Assembly (NCBI GenBank): GCA_963693365.1
Contig: CAVNZM010000002.1
Coordinates: 1-64,000, forward strand
Source of the DNA: Amoebidium appalachense
Taxonomy: Eukaryota > Protista > Ichthyosporea
Direction: 5' to 3'
DNA: 64,000 nucleotides
In this document: positions 35,493 through 50,785 of the stretch, in pieces
How the letters are laid out: every line of letters starts with the position of its first letter
Position numbering within the stretch: position 1 is the first letter of the stretch
Program-made: the position numbers and the translations under genes
Notes under the pieces: generated by a model
Database searches by the model: none
What the model was told of the DNA's origin: nothing
Seen by the model: the letters and a program-made list of their open reading frames with translations, nothing else

Positions 35493-38400
35493 TGTTATAA
35501 TACGTAGTATTTACATATTGTAAGATCTTCTCAGTTCGTGTTATGTTTTCATTCATTTACTTAATGAAAAAGATGTGCTCCTTGTACGTAAATTATGACA
35601 TCGATCTCCAGTGTATTTGAGTACTTGTAATCGTGTTGTGTCGGCTATATTCGTGTGTTTAGATATCGATTACAGCAACTGATTATAGGTACACGAGTCT
35701 ACCCAGTGAGGGAGACACGTGTACATGTTATGTGTACATGAATATCTTCGGTTATAACTGTGTTTTGCTGTTCGTGTTTTCTGTCCTGCTTTCTTTTCTT
35801 TTTCCTCTTTCTTCGTCTTTTCTTTTCTCTTTCTTTCTTCTCTTGTTTCCTTTCATTTAATTATATTTCTCTCTCACTAATATACGTTGAGTAGATTTAT
35901 ATTACTCGTTATGTTTTGATTGGTAGAAAAACACTTAGGTTACACTTTAGCTTGTCAGGTATGATTCATAGCTTAGTCAACCACTTTTGTTTTGTGTGTT
36001 GCCGTACTATATCCAATCAGTGGACTTAGTCAGAAAATGTCTGAGTCTTTGTAGCCGATGATAGGTTAGAAACACCACCTCTTTCCTCGTTACTCTTCAC
36101 CTCTTTTCTTTCTTATAGCTGTGACCTATGGTGTGTGTTCCCGCGTCTCCGGATCTATCCGGGAAATAATCAGTTAATTATGATTGGTTATTTTAGACAT
36201 AGATCTGATTTCCGACTGGTCGGAAATCATGTATGGATTTAACTTAAGGGAATTTCAGGTATTTATTAGCGATCAAAATAAATTGAGTTCAGTCGTGTCT
36301 AAACATTGATGTCTGTTGTGTACACTGCTCCGATCGTTCCGTGTTTTGTTGTTGTGTGTGTCTGTGGTGTTTTCACACTGCACCACTGTGTCTCTGCTTA
36401 CATCCTAAATACTTATAGAATTTAACAGGTTATGCAGCCCTTTTGCACGCTCCCTACACACATCTAGAACTCGCGCTCGTTTTTCAATCATGGATCCAAA
36501 CAAAACTGGCGTAAACAAAATCACCATGTGGAAAGGTGAAGGGAAGACTGGTCCCGATAGCAAAACTACCTATTTTCAATGGGAAATCATTTTTCTCGGC
36601 ATGATGACCGGCACTAAAGGTGTCCGACTCGTGGATGTTGTCCTTGCTGACAACTACGTCCCCCCTACCACCGTCGCGGTTGACGGTGAACCCCCCTTCT
36701 ATGGCTACGGCACTACCGCGGAACTCAAAGAGGCCCGCAATTGCCTCCTGCTCCATATGATACAGAACATCGACCCTTCCGTCCTCACCACCGTTGCCCA
36801 GTACCGTATTGGCATGGACCCTGAACGGGCCATGTGGAAATTCCGTCAACACTATCTCCAAGGCAAACCCGATCAGATCCGCATCCTTCACCGTCAGTGG
36901 GATGCCTGTGCCCTTCAGCCCGGTGAATCATTCACCACCTACCTGAGCCGTCTGCAGACCATCGTGAACCAGCTCCAGTCTCTCCAAGATGAGTCCATTC
37001 ACTTCACTCGTCTAGCTGAGAAGTTCTTCAATGAACTCACCACCAGAGACGACCTCACCCCTGAGTTCAATCGTCTTATCGAAGACTATCACTTCGGTGA
37101 TAAGCTATTCCCCGACTTCGAGTCCCTCCATAACCACGTCAAGGGCATCGAGTTACGTCAAGACCTCAAGATGCAACTCCGGAACAACCGTGCCCACCGT
37201 GCCTCCAAGTCCAGCATGGCATTAAATGCCAGTGCTCCCCCCCGTGATCTTCCTCGCCGTGACTTACGCACCCGACTTGACCGTACCTCTGGCACGGACC
37301 TCCGAACTCGTCTCTCCCGTCAGCACACCCGATCCCGTTCCCCCCACCGGCCTGTCTTCCGGTCCACGTCTCGTTCCCCCAGTCGTTCCCGTTTCTCGGG
37401 TTCCCGTCGTTCTGATTCCCCGGCTCGTTCTAACACCCCGTCCGTGAAAGAATGCTCCTACTGCCACGAGCCTGATCACACGATCATCGATTGCCCTGAG
37501 CCGAAATGCCGTATGTCCAGACACAACCGTTCCCGTCAAGGCAGTGAGAAATCTGTCTCCTTTGCTTTCTCGGCATACAATGCTAGCTCCGTCCCCGTGT
37601 CCTCCGACCCTGCCTGGGATTCCGGGTGCAACATGACTGTTTGCCCCACCCGTGAGTTCTTCCATGACCTCACTCCCCTTCCGACACCGACTCCCGTTGC
37701 TGCCTTCAATGGCACCCCCGTCTTGGCCACTCACACCGGCCATATCGTCATCAACACCACCACCGACCATGGCACTACCACCCTAACCATTGAAGCCTAC
37801 TACACCCCGTCTGGCCAAGCCTTCCTCATTTCAACATCCCAAGCTGCTGCCGAATACATCAAGGGTGATTTGAACGATGCCTCCACTCCGTCATTCCTCT
37901 TCGACCGACTCACCGGCCGTCATCTCGTCAACCTCCGTCTACACAACGGTCTGTATTACTTCAAGGACTACACCATTCAACCACCCACTCGTCCTGTGGC
38001 TCTGGCTGCCACTACCAGTGTTAACCCATCCATCTGGCACCATCGTCTGGGGCACCGAGCTATGACCAGCATCAAGGACATGGTGAAACACGACCTTGTT
38101 ATTGGTCTCCCCTCCTCTGTCCTCGACTGTGATGTTCCTGATTGTCATGGCTGCATTATGGGTAAGACCACCAAGGCTCCGTTCAGGGGTGACCGTCCTC
38201 ACTCCAACATCCCCGGTCATGAATGGCATTGGGATTTTTTTGAGCCTACCACAACATCGTACGGAGGTTCCAAGGTTGCTCTCGTCACTGTCTGCCGTGC
38301 CTCTGGCCTCGTCAAGATCTACCCGATGGCCGACCGTACCACCACCCTGGATATTCTCACAGCTCACACCAACCTCGTTGCCACCCATGCCCCCTCCAAA

Positions 38401-41400
38401 GTTGGTGTTTACCACTTCGACTCCGGCTCTGAGTTCACCTCCAAGGATACCCGTGCTTTTTGCCTCTCCCAGGGCATCAAGGCCAGCTATGCTCCGGTGG
38501 ACTGCCCTCAACTGAACGGCTATGTTGAACGACGTATGCGGTTCCTCCAAGAGATTGTCTGTTGCCTCCTCCATCAAGTCCAAGATCAGTCTCTGTCTCC
38601 CAAACTGTGGGCTGAGGCCCTCCAACATGCCGCCTACATCATCAACGTCACCCCGTCCACGACTGCCAATGGTCGTACACCATTCGAGGTTTTCTACGGT
38701 GTCAAGCCCGACATCTCCGAGCTCAAAGTGTTCGGTTGCCCTGCCTACACTCACGTGCCAGCCTCTAAACGGAACAAGCTGGCCCCCACCGTCAAACTCG
38801 GCATGTATATCGGCTATGATCTTCAATCACACTGCCACCGGATCTTCAATGCCACCACCCATCGTGTCGGCCTCTTCCGTGATGTGATTTTCGACGAATC
38901 AGCTTATCTCCCGTCCGACATTCCATCAACCCTTCCGACCCCCGACACCACTGCTACCTCGACCACCCCACCCCCCACAGTTGACACTGAAGATGATGTT
39001 TGTCTGGTGTACTCTGGCCCCCCTCCTGCCATCGTCGTTCCCCCGACACCCCCCCCCACCGGCCCCCCTGCCCCCGTGCCCGTCCAGCCTGCCGACCCTC
39101 ATCCTGCCCCTGGCAACGTCACACCCATCCGACCCGGCTCCCCCGACAACTTCCACTCGGCCCCGTCCAGCCCGGAGGTTGCCCCCCCTGCACTTCCGAA
39201 CTTCCAAGTTCCCCCCCCACCGTCTCCACCTACCCCGGTTCCTGCACCCCGTCGTTCTGCCCGTCTCCAGGGCAAGGTTGGACTTCAAGCCACCACCACC
39301 CTGCCAGTCCCCCCCGGTCCCCCCATCAACATCGACCAACTACCCAAACTTGTCCGTCAACTCTGTTCCGGACCCAATGGTGATCAGGTCAAGTCAGCCC
39401 TGACTGCTGAGTATCAAGCCTTCGTCGACAAAGACATCTTTGAACTTGTTGACCCTCCCCCTGGTGCTAACATCGTCGGCTTCAAGTGGATTGTCTCCGA
39501 GAAAACTCTCAACTCGGCTGGTGACACCAAGATCAAGGCACGTGGTGTTGCTCAAGGCTTCAGTCAGCAATACGGTGTTGACTATGAGTTGATTGAGAGC
39601 CCTGTCATCCGTCCGGCTGCTCTCCGTGCCATCCTGGCTCTGGCCGTTGTTGAAGGTCATGACATACATCAACTCGACGTGTCTACGGCCTTTCTCAACA
39701 GCCCACTCACCGAGACCATCTACATGAAACAACCCCCGGGATTCATCACCATGGCCACACTTGGCAAGGTCTGGAGACTCAAGAAAGCCCTGTACGGCCT
39801 CAAGCAAGCCTCCAAGGCTTGGTACGACTTCCTCGACGGCATTCTTCTTGCCCATGGCCTGACCCGTACTAAGACCGACCCGTGCATCTACCTCCGGTTC
39901 TTCCCCAACAACGATGTGGTACGGGCTGGTAACTACGTCGATGACTCCACCATCACCAACACCCGGGGTTCTACTGCTGCCAGTGACCTGGCTGCCCACA
40001 TCAGCAAGATGGCCAGCTGTCGTATGAGTCCATTTGACCGTATGCTCGGTGTTGATTTTAATCACTCTGATCCCCATCACCTCCACATGCACCAGAGGTC
40101 TTACATCATGGATATCATCCACGACTTCAACCTCACCGATGCCAAGTCCAAGTCTACCCCCATCCCTGCAGGCACCACCGTCTCCCTGGCTGATTGCCCC
40201 CCCCAACCGTTCACCGTGCCCTACCGTGAGTTACTCGGCCGTCTCCTCTGGGTGGCACGGTGCACACGTCCCGACATTGCCTATGCCATCGGCTTCCTTG
40301 GTCGGTTCAGCACCAACCCCGGCAAGACTCACTGGGACCTTCTCCGTCGTGTGGCCCGGTACCTGCTCGGCACCATTGACCTTGGCATTGACTACAAGTA
40401 CTCGGCCACCCAGTCCCCCATACTCGAATGCTACACGGATGCTGACTTTGCTGGTTGTGCCGACAGCAAGAAGTCTACCACCGGCTACATTATCGTGTTT
40501 GCTGGTATGCCCGTCATCTGGTACTCCAAGCTCCAGCCCATCACGGCCACCAGCACCACTGAAGCTGAGCTGATTGCTCTCAATGCTGGCACCCAAGAAG
40601 TTGCTTGGGTCCGTGACCTCTTCAAGGAACTCGGCTGTCCCATGCTTGCTCCGACTCCGGTGTACTGTGACAACCAGTCGACCATCGCCATCGTCAACTC
40701 CACCGGCATCAAGCACCGTACCAAACACATTGCCGTCCGGTATCACAACACCAAGGACTACATTGCCAGTGGGGACGTGGTTGTCCACTACGTTGAGTCA
40801 GCCCACAACTTAGCTGACATACTCACCAAACCCCTCCCCGGCCCGAGTCATGTCCACCATCGTGCTCGACTTTGTTTACCGGATATTGTGGATTGACCCG
40901 ACCTACTTCAAGAGTGATTTTCTCATGTGTACTACTTACTTTATCAACATCATTATATCATATGTATTGCCTTTGTGGGTATGCCCACTTAGGGTTTATA
41001 TATAAGGTTTGACCTGTACCATCACTCTACTCTATCTTTCACTGGTTTAAAACCCCGTTAATCAAACACCGCCTATACACGTGATATATATTCGTTGTTT
41101 TTGCCCCGGTTCCTTCCCCCCCTCCCCCCCCCCCCCCCCTTCCCCCCCCCTTCCCCCCCCTTCCCCCCCCCCTCCCCCCCCCCTTCTCCCCCCCCCCCCC
41201 CCCGGGAAAAGTACACACTTTAATTTTTTTTTTTTCCGTTTCTGTTCTCAAGTGGGGAGATTTCACTAGTTCAGTGGGGATATGATAACACAAACTTCAA
41301 AGTCTTAAGTGGGGATGTTATAATACGTAGTATTTACATATTGTAAGATCTTCTCAGTTCGTGTTATGTTTTCATTCATTTACTTAATGAAAAAGATGTG

Positions 41401-42250
41401 CTCCTTGTACGTAAATTATGACATCGATCTCCAGTGTATTTGAGTACTTGTAATCGTGTTGTGTCGGCTATATTCGTGTGTTTAGATATCGATTACAGCA
41501 ACTGATTATAGGTACACGAGTCTACCCAGTGAGGGAGACACGTGTACATGTTATGTGTACATGAATATCTTCGGTTATAACTGTGTTTTGCTGTTCGTGT
41601 TTTCTGTCCTGCTTTCTTTTCTTTTTCCTCTTTCTTCGTCTTTTCTTTTCTCTTTCTTTCTTCTCTTGTTTCCTTTCATTTAATTATATTTCTCTCTCAC
41701 TAATATACGTTGAGTAGATTTATATTACTCGTTATGTTTTGATTGGTAGAAAAACACTTAGGTTACACTTTAGCTTGTCAGGTATGATTCATAGCTTAGT
41801 CAACCACTTTTGTTTTGTGTGTTGCCGTACTATATCCAATCAGTGGACTTAGTCAGAAAATGTCTGAGTCTTTGTAGCCGATGATAGGTTAGAAACACCA
41901 CCTCTTTCCTCGTTACTCTTCACCTCTTTTCTTTCTTATAGCTGTGACCTATGGTGTGTGTTCCCGCGTCTCCGGATCTATCCGGGAAATAATCAGTTAA
42001 TTATGATTGGTTATTTTAGACATAGATCTGATTTCCGACTGGTCGGAAATCATGTATGGATTTAACTTAAGGGAATTTCAGGTATTTATTAGCGATCAAA
42101 ATAAATTGAGTTCAGTCGTGTCTAAACATTGATGTCTGTTGTGTACACTGCTCCGATCGTTCCGTGTTTTGTTGTTGTGTGTGTCTGTGGTGTTTTCACA
42201 CTGCACCACTGTGTCTCTGCTTACATCCTAAATACTTATAGAATTTAACA
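35493..42250 (+). mobile_element. Intact Ty1/Copia retrotransposon (family D), 6758 bp
   Basis: 935-bp LTRs (35493-36427, 41316-42250) with no difference seen by eye. TSD gggag, PBS GGTTATGCAGCCC at 36428, PPT AAGTGGGGA ending at 41315, single uninterrupted ORF. Confidence 0.96.
36490..40896 (+). CDS. Copia Gag-Pol polyprotein (gag-PR-IN-RT-RH), 1468 aa
   Basis: Zinc knuckle CSYCHEPDHTIIDC, protease WDSGC, integrase WHHRLGH..CHGC / WHWDF / FDSGSEF / NGYVER, RT HQLDVSTAFL / LKKALYGLKQA / YVDD, RNase H YTDADFAG / TEAE / DNQS / ADILTKPL. Confidence 0.97.
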   Translation: MDPNKTGVNKITMWKGEGKTGPDSKTTYFQWEIIFLGMMTGTKGVRLVDVVLADNYVPPTTVAVDGEPPFYGYGTTAELKEARNCLLLHMIQNIDPSVLTTVAQYRIGMDPERAMWKFRQHYLQGKPDQIRILHRQWDACALQPGESFTTYLSRLQTIVNQLQSLQDESIHFTRLAEKFFNELTTRDDLTPEFNRLIEDYHFGDKLFPDFESLHNHVKGIELRQDLKMQLRNNRAHRASKSSMALNASAPPRDLPRRDLRTRLDRTSGTDLRTRLSRQHTRSRSPHRPVFRSTSRSPSRSRFSGSRRSDSPARSNTPSVKECSYCHEPDHTIIDCPEPKCRMSRHNRSRQGSEKSVSFAFSAYNASSVPVSSDPAWDSGCNMTVCPTREFFHDLTPLPTPTPVAAFNGTPVLATHTGHIVINTTTDHGTTTLTIEAYYTPSGQAFLISTSQAAAEYIKGDLNDASTPSFLFDRLTGRHLVNLRLHNGLYYFKDYTIQPPTRPVALAATTSVNPSIWHHRLGHRAMTSIKDMVKHDLVIGLPSSVLDCDVPDCHGCIMGKTTKAPFRGDRPHSNIPGHEWHWDFFEPTTTSYGGSKVALVTVCRASGLVKIYPMADRTTTLDILTAHTNLVATHAPSKVGVYHFDSGSEFTSKDTRAFCLSQGIKASYAPVDCPQLNGYVERRMRFLQEIVCCLLHQVQDQSLSPKLWAEALQHAAYIINVTPSTTANGRTPFEVFYGVKPDISELKVFGCPAYTHVPASKRNKLAPTVKLGMYIGYDLQSHCHRIFNATTHRVGLFRDVIFDESAYLPSDIPSTLPTPDTTATSTTPPPTVDTEDDVCLVYSGPPPAIVVPPTPPPTGPPAPVPVQPADPHPAPGNVTPIRPGSPDNFHSAPSSPEVAPPALPNFQVPPPPSPPTPVPAPRRSARLQGKVGLQATTTLPVPPGPPINIDQLPKLVRQLCSGPNGDQVKSALTAEYQAFVDKDIFELVDPPPGANIVGFKWIVSEKTLNSAGDTKIKARGVAQGFSQQYGVDYELIESPVIRPAALRAILALAVVEGHDIHQLDVSTAFLNSPLTETIYMKQPPGFITMATLGKVWRLKKALYGLKQASKAWYDFLDGILLAHGLTRTKTDPCIYLRFFPNNDVVRAGNYVDDSTITNTRGSTAASDLAAHISKMASCRMSPFDRMLGVDFNHSDPHHLHMHQRSYIMDIIHDFNLTDAKSKSTPIPAGTTVSLADCPPQPFTVPYRELLGRLLWVARCTRPDIAYAIGFLGRFSTNPGKTHWDLLRRVARYLLGTIDLGIDYKYSATQSPILECYTDADFAGCADSKKSTTGYIIVFAGMPVIWYSKLQPITATSTTEAELIALNAGTQEVAWVRDLFKELGCPMLAPTPVYCDNQSTIAIVNSTGIKHRTKHIAVRYHNTKDYIASGDVVVHYVESAHNLADILTKPLPGPSHVHHRARLCLPDIVD

Positions 42251-43140
42251 GGGAGTGTAAACAACTGTACACATGAACTGTACATGTTTACTAAAGAATG
42301 TGATCTACTAGCACACGATTCGTGCTTTGTCATGAATATCACATAAATATTATGTCCGCACCAATAGGACTCACTCTGACCTAAGAATTGAACCATATAT
42401 GGTTCTTCCGCTGCATACCACATAAACGAAGTGAACCAATAAGAGGTTTGCATAAATAGGACAAAGGTCTGACTGGCTCGGACCGCACCAGAATCACGAA
42501 TGGCATGTTGCCACCCGCGCTGGCCGCGGATGAACCAATCCTGGGCCTTGATCCGAAACCTGGGGGCTATATAAGAAAGCCGTCCCAGTACGGGGATCAC
42601 ATCAGTGAAGTCTGAGACAGACTGAGTCGGCCCATAGTAAAAGCAACCTGGCCGCGTGTGCCTTTCTACCCGTTCTCTGTCTTTATTTTGATTCAGTTGT
42701 ACTCTGCCTTATCCTAACTAGTCCAACTGTTTACAGTGTGTGTGTGTCAACGACTATACACTCTACTTGTGTTAAGTGCAGACCCTGCTACGTGTGGGTA
42801 AGGTAGTTTTCTCTCACTAAGAACACACTCACGACAAAAACATACATAACACAAATATGTGCACACACACGTAGAGATAAGTCTACTGGGGGTCCCTTGG
42901 GGATTATGTGCTATTGATTGCCACGGACATATCATGGTGGCCCATCCTCATCCACGTGCTGTTGTGTTTACCAGTGCAGCCAATCAAATGCAGCCACCGA
43001 CACATATGTACATGTGTAACCGTAGTATGTACGTACCGTACAGTTACCGAGTGGTAAAGGCTAGCAGATGGGGCATTGTATCGCAAAATCATACTAAAAC
43101 GACGGAAGCCTTCCTGGATGTATGTTTATATAGGGAGTAC

Positions 43141-44050
43141 TGTTGGAATACGTCACTACGTAGGACAGCAAGAGTCTTGAAGTATGTATGTGTCTTAGCT
43201 TTGTTTGTATTCGTGTCTGCTATCCTTCTTTGTGCTCTCCCCCCCTCTCCCTCTTTTTCTCTTTTCTTTCTCTCTCTCTCTCTCTCCCCCCCCCCCCCCC
43301 CCCCCCATATATATCTCTCTCTCCCTTGTTTCTGTGTGCACAGATATCTGTAGATCTGTGCACACCTGGCTCTCTTGCCTGATAGAACTTATTGTATTTT
43401 ATCTGTGTTTGCTCTCCTCTGTTTATCTGAGAGGTAGCGTGATTGGCTAGCTATATTCGTTGTCTTTGTTTTAGTTCAAAGTGGCTTAGTTTTAGTTCAC
43501 ATTGAAATGACTCACCAATAGTCGCGAGTGAGTACATCTATAGATCGTGTTGTGCATTCCTGTCTATTAATATACGTGTTATGATTGGACACAATAGAGA
43601 TATATGGAATTTGGTTTATCGTAATGTGTCTTCACTTTGAGAGTGTCGACTATTAGGAAATATATGTATTTAAATGAGTTTCTTTATAGAGACGAGTAAT
43701 ACTATAAATATATGTGTATTAATAGTGACAAGATGTATAATTACTTAATTTATTTAAGTAAGAGTTTCTAAGCTTCAGTTATGTCGGAAGTTGGAATGCG
43801 TATGCTCTGTCGGAAGGTGTTTTTCTATCATCTGATAGAACCGATTGGTTCTCCCCTTTTAGTTGAGATAAGGTGATAAGTTGCAAGTACAAAAAGACCC
43901 GAGAGCACAATAAAAGGTCAGTTGTTGTTTGAAATCTTTCATGTGTCGTGAACAACTCCGATTGCCCTCTCTTTATTGTGTTGGTCGTGTTTTACATAAC
44001 ACCTCTAGAGATCTGTGCACTCTGCTCCCTTAGACCGGTACAAAACAACA
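43141..44050. mobile_element. Solo LTR (family F), 910 bp
   Basis: AT-rich segment starting TGTTGG and ending CAACA, flanked by a perfect 5-bp TSD agtac (43136-43140, 44051-44055). Confidence 0.75.
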
Positions 44051-44835
44051 AGTACCCTTGCTTTGCCATGATATACGCCGTCCAAAAACCACATGTACCC
44101 CCGTGGGTGCATATGGTGTGTCTGGGCCATAAACGGGGGGACCATTACCCCCGCCACAGAGCGGGGCCCCTTGATGTCGCTTGGGGCCTTCCAATATCCC
44201 CCCTTTGATTTACATTATGGGAGTCCTTGTTTTTTAAATAATCTTGTTCAATCAGGTGCGAGAGGATATCCGTCGTACACATATATCAGACACCATTGTG
44301 TGCACGTACACGCACTCGGGGAGGAGGGGGGCGAGGGGGAAAGATGGGTACTATTATACTACTATACACTTGTATACTTTATTTTTTATCAGCATTTTCT
44401 GTCTGTGTATGAAACACAGTATGCCATAGCATTATCCCTACAGCTAAAACGTTCCTGATTGGTTGGCCTGCGACCAGCGCACGACCAATGATTTGCGGCT
44501 AGGCCCAAATATGTTAATGGGCCGCAGGATAACTGTTCCGCTTACATGCGATGCTTCTAAGATTTACAATCAACCGTTGGGTTTTGAATCAGAAAATACA
44601 TCATATCTCAATGGGTGGCTTAATGAAGAACAACCTACCCCGATCATGGCATGCATTGATTGGCTGGTTTCAAATAGATGCTTAGTGCAAATCAGAGGCT
44701 TACAAAACTCCATCAAAAACAGATGGTTATGTGAAGACTCGCCCTCACAGAACAAACCAACATGCAGCTTATGCACATACCAGCCCGGAGCAAGTGTAAC
44801 AGTTGGATGATGCTACTCAGCGCTACTTTCCATCA

Positions 44836-48751
<3,916 letters not shown>

Positions 48752-49072
48752 GTTGCTGGCCGGCGTTGGCAGCCTGTGACGGTCACCCCGTAGGTGTCAC
48801 TGAGAATCTACGCCCACTGCACTGCAAGCGCTACAGCGCCCCCACACACTACTCTGAACGAAGGGCGCACCGGCCCTCTCTGGCTGCAAAAAAACTCACG
48901 AGGGCGCCTGCTAGCTGCTCGGTGCACTCGAACACAAAGCCCTTGCTTGCTTACGCTGTCTAAACGTACAGGGCACTGAGCCTCACTGAGCCGCCAACTT
49001 CGCCCGATCTGTGGCTCACCTTTGAGCCCGGCCCGCCGGATCCCCGCGGCCAGCACCAGGCCACACACACGT

Positions 49073-49974
49073 CACAGTGGACCTGTGTGATCGGCTCGCC
49101 GCCGGGGGCTCGTCGGCCGTTGGTATGCGGTCAAATTCATCGTATCAGTTCAACGATCTGTGTGATTAGACCTGGCCGGGCCCATCGCCACCCCGACGAG
49201 CCTGTCGGCCATAAAATGAGGTGTCGATTTCCATCCCGTCAGGGCTCGTCGCCAGTTAACGCTGATTGGCTAAAAGTTTTGGCGCACTTAACATTGATTG
49301 GCTGTTTTTGGCGGCAGAGTTCACGCAGCCTTCATAAAGCAGCGACGCTGGCGGTTGAGGTCAGTTTGCATCGCCCGTTTTTCCAAATAACACGACACCG
49401 CAAACATGAGTCAGCCTCAGTACACTGCACCCCAGCTTCGTGCCATTTAGATGTTGTATAGGATGGAAAGTGATTTCTGCCTGCATTGCGCTCATTATTA
49501 AAAAACGTGTGGGAACCTCAAACCCGTCAAAAACCACAGTCCCACCAAACTCTTCAGACACCCAAGCGGCCCTAGCTATGGAAACCAAGGCCTGAGAGTT
49601 CTGTAAAGCCATGTTATAGCCGGCATTTACCAGAGCCGTAACAAACCCTTCCAACAACAGCAAACACCATGATTGAGCAGCTGATGTTATAAACAGCATG
49701 TACAGCTTTACAAGCTCTTCTTCTGAGGGTGGCCACATTTTCTACTAATTTCTCGCCCACTTCGAAAGATGCTGAGAAAAAAACTGAAAAAACTGAGACA
49801 AAAGAAAAGCTGAAAATAGAAAAACGTTCCCGAAAATGTGACAGGCCCGGCTGGGTCGCCGAGCTTGACCGGCCCGTGGCTCACGCATCTGTCCTGCCGA
49901 CAGCTGGGCGGAGGCGCCGCCGGGCCCATCGACATCTGGCCCGGGCAGCGGGCTGATCACACAGGTCCAGTGTG
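49073..49974. mobile_element. MITE / non-autonomous TIR DNA transposon, 902 bp
   Basis: 35-bp imperfect terminal inverted repeats (30/35 match): CACAGTGGACCTGTGTGATCGGCTCGCCGCCGGGG versus the reverse complement of the right end, CACACTGGACCTGTGTGATCAGCCCGCTGCCCGGG. No clear TSD and no transposase. Confidence 0.7.
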
Positions 49975-50060
49975 TAAGCCACGGTAACGCAGTTGGCAGT
50001 GGGAGTCCACAGGCCTAGGGGCTATGTGGGCGTGGCAGTGGTGGTGGGGTGGAGGTGTGC

Positions 50061-50108
<48 letters not shown>

Positions 50109-50361
50109 AAGGGGTGGCATGGTGACACATGCCAATGTGACCCATGCCATGGCATGGAGTAAAGGACGTACGTCCTTGTGCTTGAATATTTTATTCTTGT
50201 CCGCTGGACCACACATACATGATAAGCCGTGTTCGGCAACATGCTCATGCCATGTCGTGATAGCAAACATCTTGACTACATCTAATGCTACGGCCTGTGC
50301 CGGCACATCTCGACTTCACATACGTGGACAACACCTCTCGACGCTCCTCTCGACCCCTACT

Positions 50362-50744
50362 CTATTGGGCCTTTGCGTCCCTCTCCTTCTTGGCCAGGGC
50401 CTTCTTCCTGATACCCGCATGCATGCCATAGACGTACTGCTCGGCCACTTTTTGGGGCAACAAGCGCAGCACGGCCAGCTGCAGCTGGTGGGACCAGAAC
50501 CCAGGCGTCTGCAGCTCGTAGCCTATCAGGCCCACGGCCTGGCGGGCAAAGGAGGAGGGGCTGGGCACCAGCAGGCTGGCACTGCGGATCTTGCTGAGTT
50601 TGGTGGCCACGAGGAACGGCAGCACGGCCTGCACGTCAATACCTGCGGGCCTATGGTCAGCCAGGCAACACACAGAGAGGAGGAGGGGCCGGGGGGGGGA
50701 GGGGGGGGGGGGTCAGAAGGGATCAGAAAGCAAAGCCACGCAGA

Positions 50745-50785
<41 letters not shown>

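Larger units (their letters stand above)
30909..42735 (+). mobile_element. Family B copy 2, inserted in the 3' LTR of C and carrying three younger insertions
   Basis: LTRs 30909-31388 and 42256-42735, TSD gtgtg, PBS at 31390-31403. The internal region is collinear with copy 1. Length is 3568 bp after removing the nested elements and their TSDs. Confidence 0.92.
21389..42816 (+). mobile_element. Degenerate Ty1/Copia element (family C), outermost host of the nest
   Basis: 5' LTR 21389-21957. 3' LTR split into 30403-30908 and 42741-42816 by element B2. TSD ctaag at 21384-21388 and 42817-42821. PBS-like GGTTTTGTGC at 21958 and PPT AAGGGGCG at 30395-30402. The LTRs are visibly diverged. Confidence 0.9.

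Noticed and set aside
49361-49738. 125-aa ORF inside the MITE as a possible transposase or cargo
   Set aside because: No recognisable motif, short, and unlike host codon style. Cannot be supported without a search.
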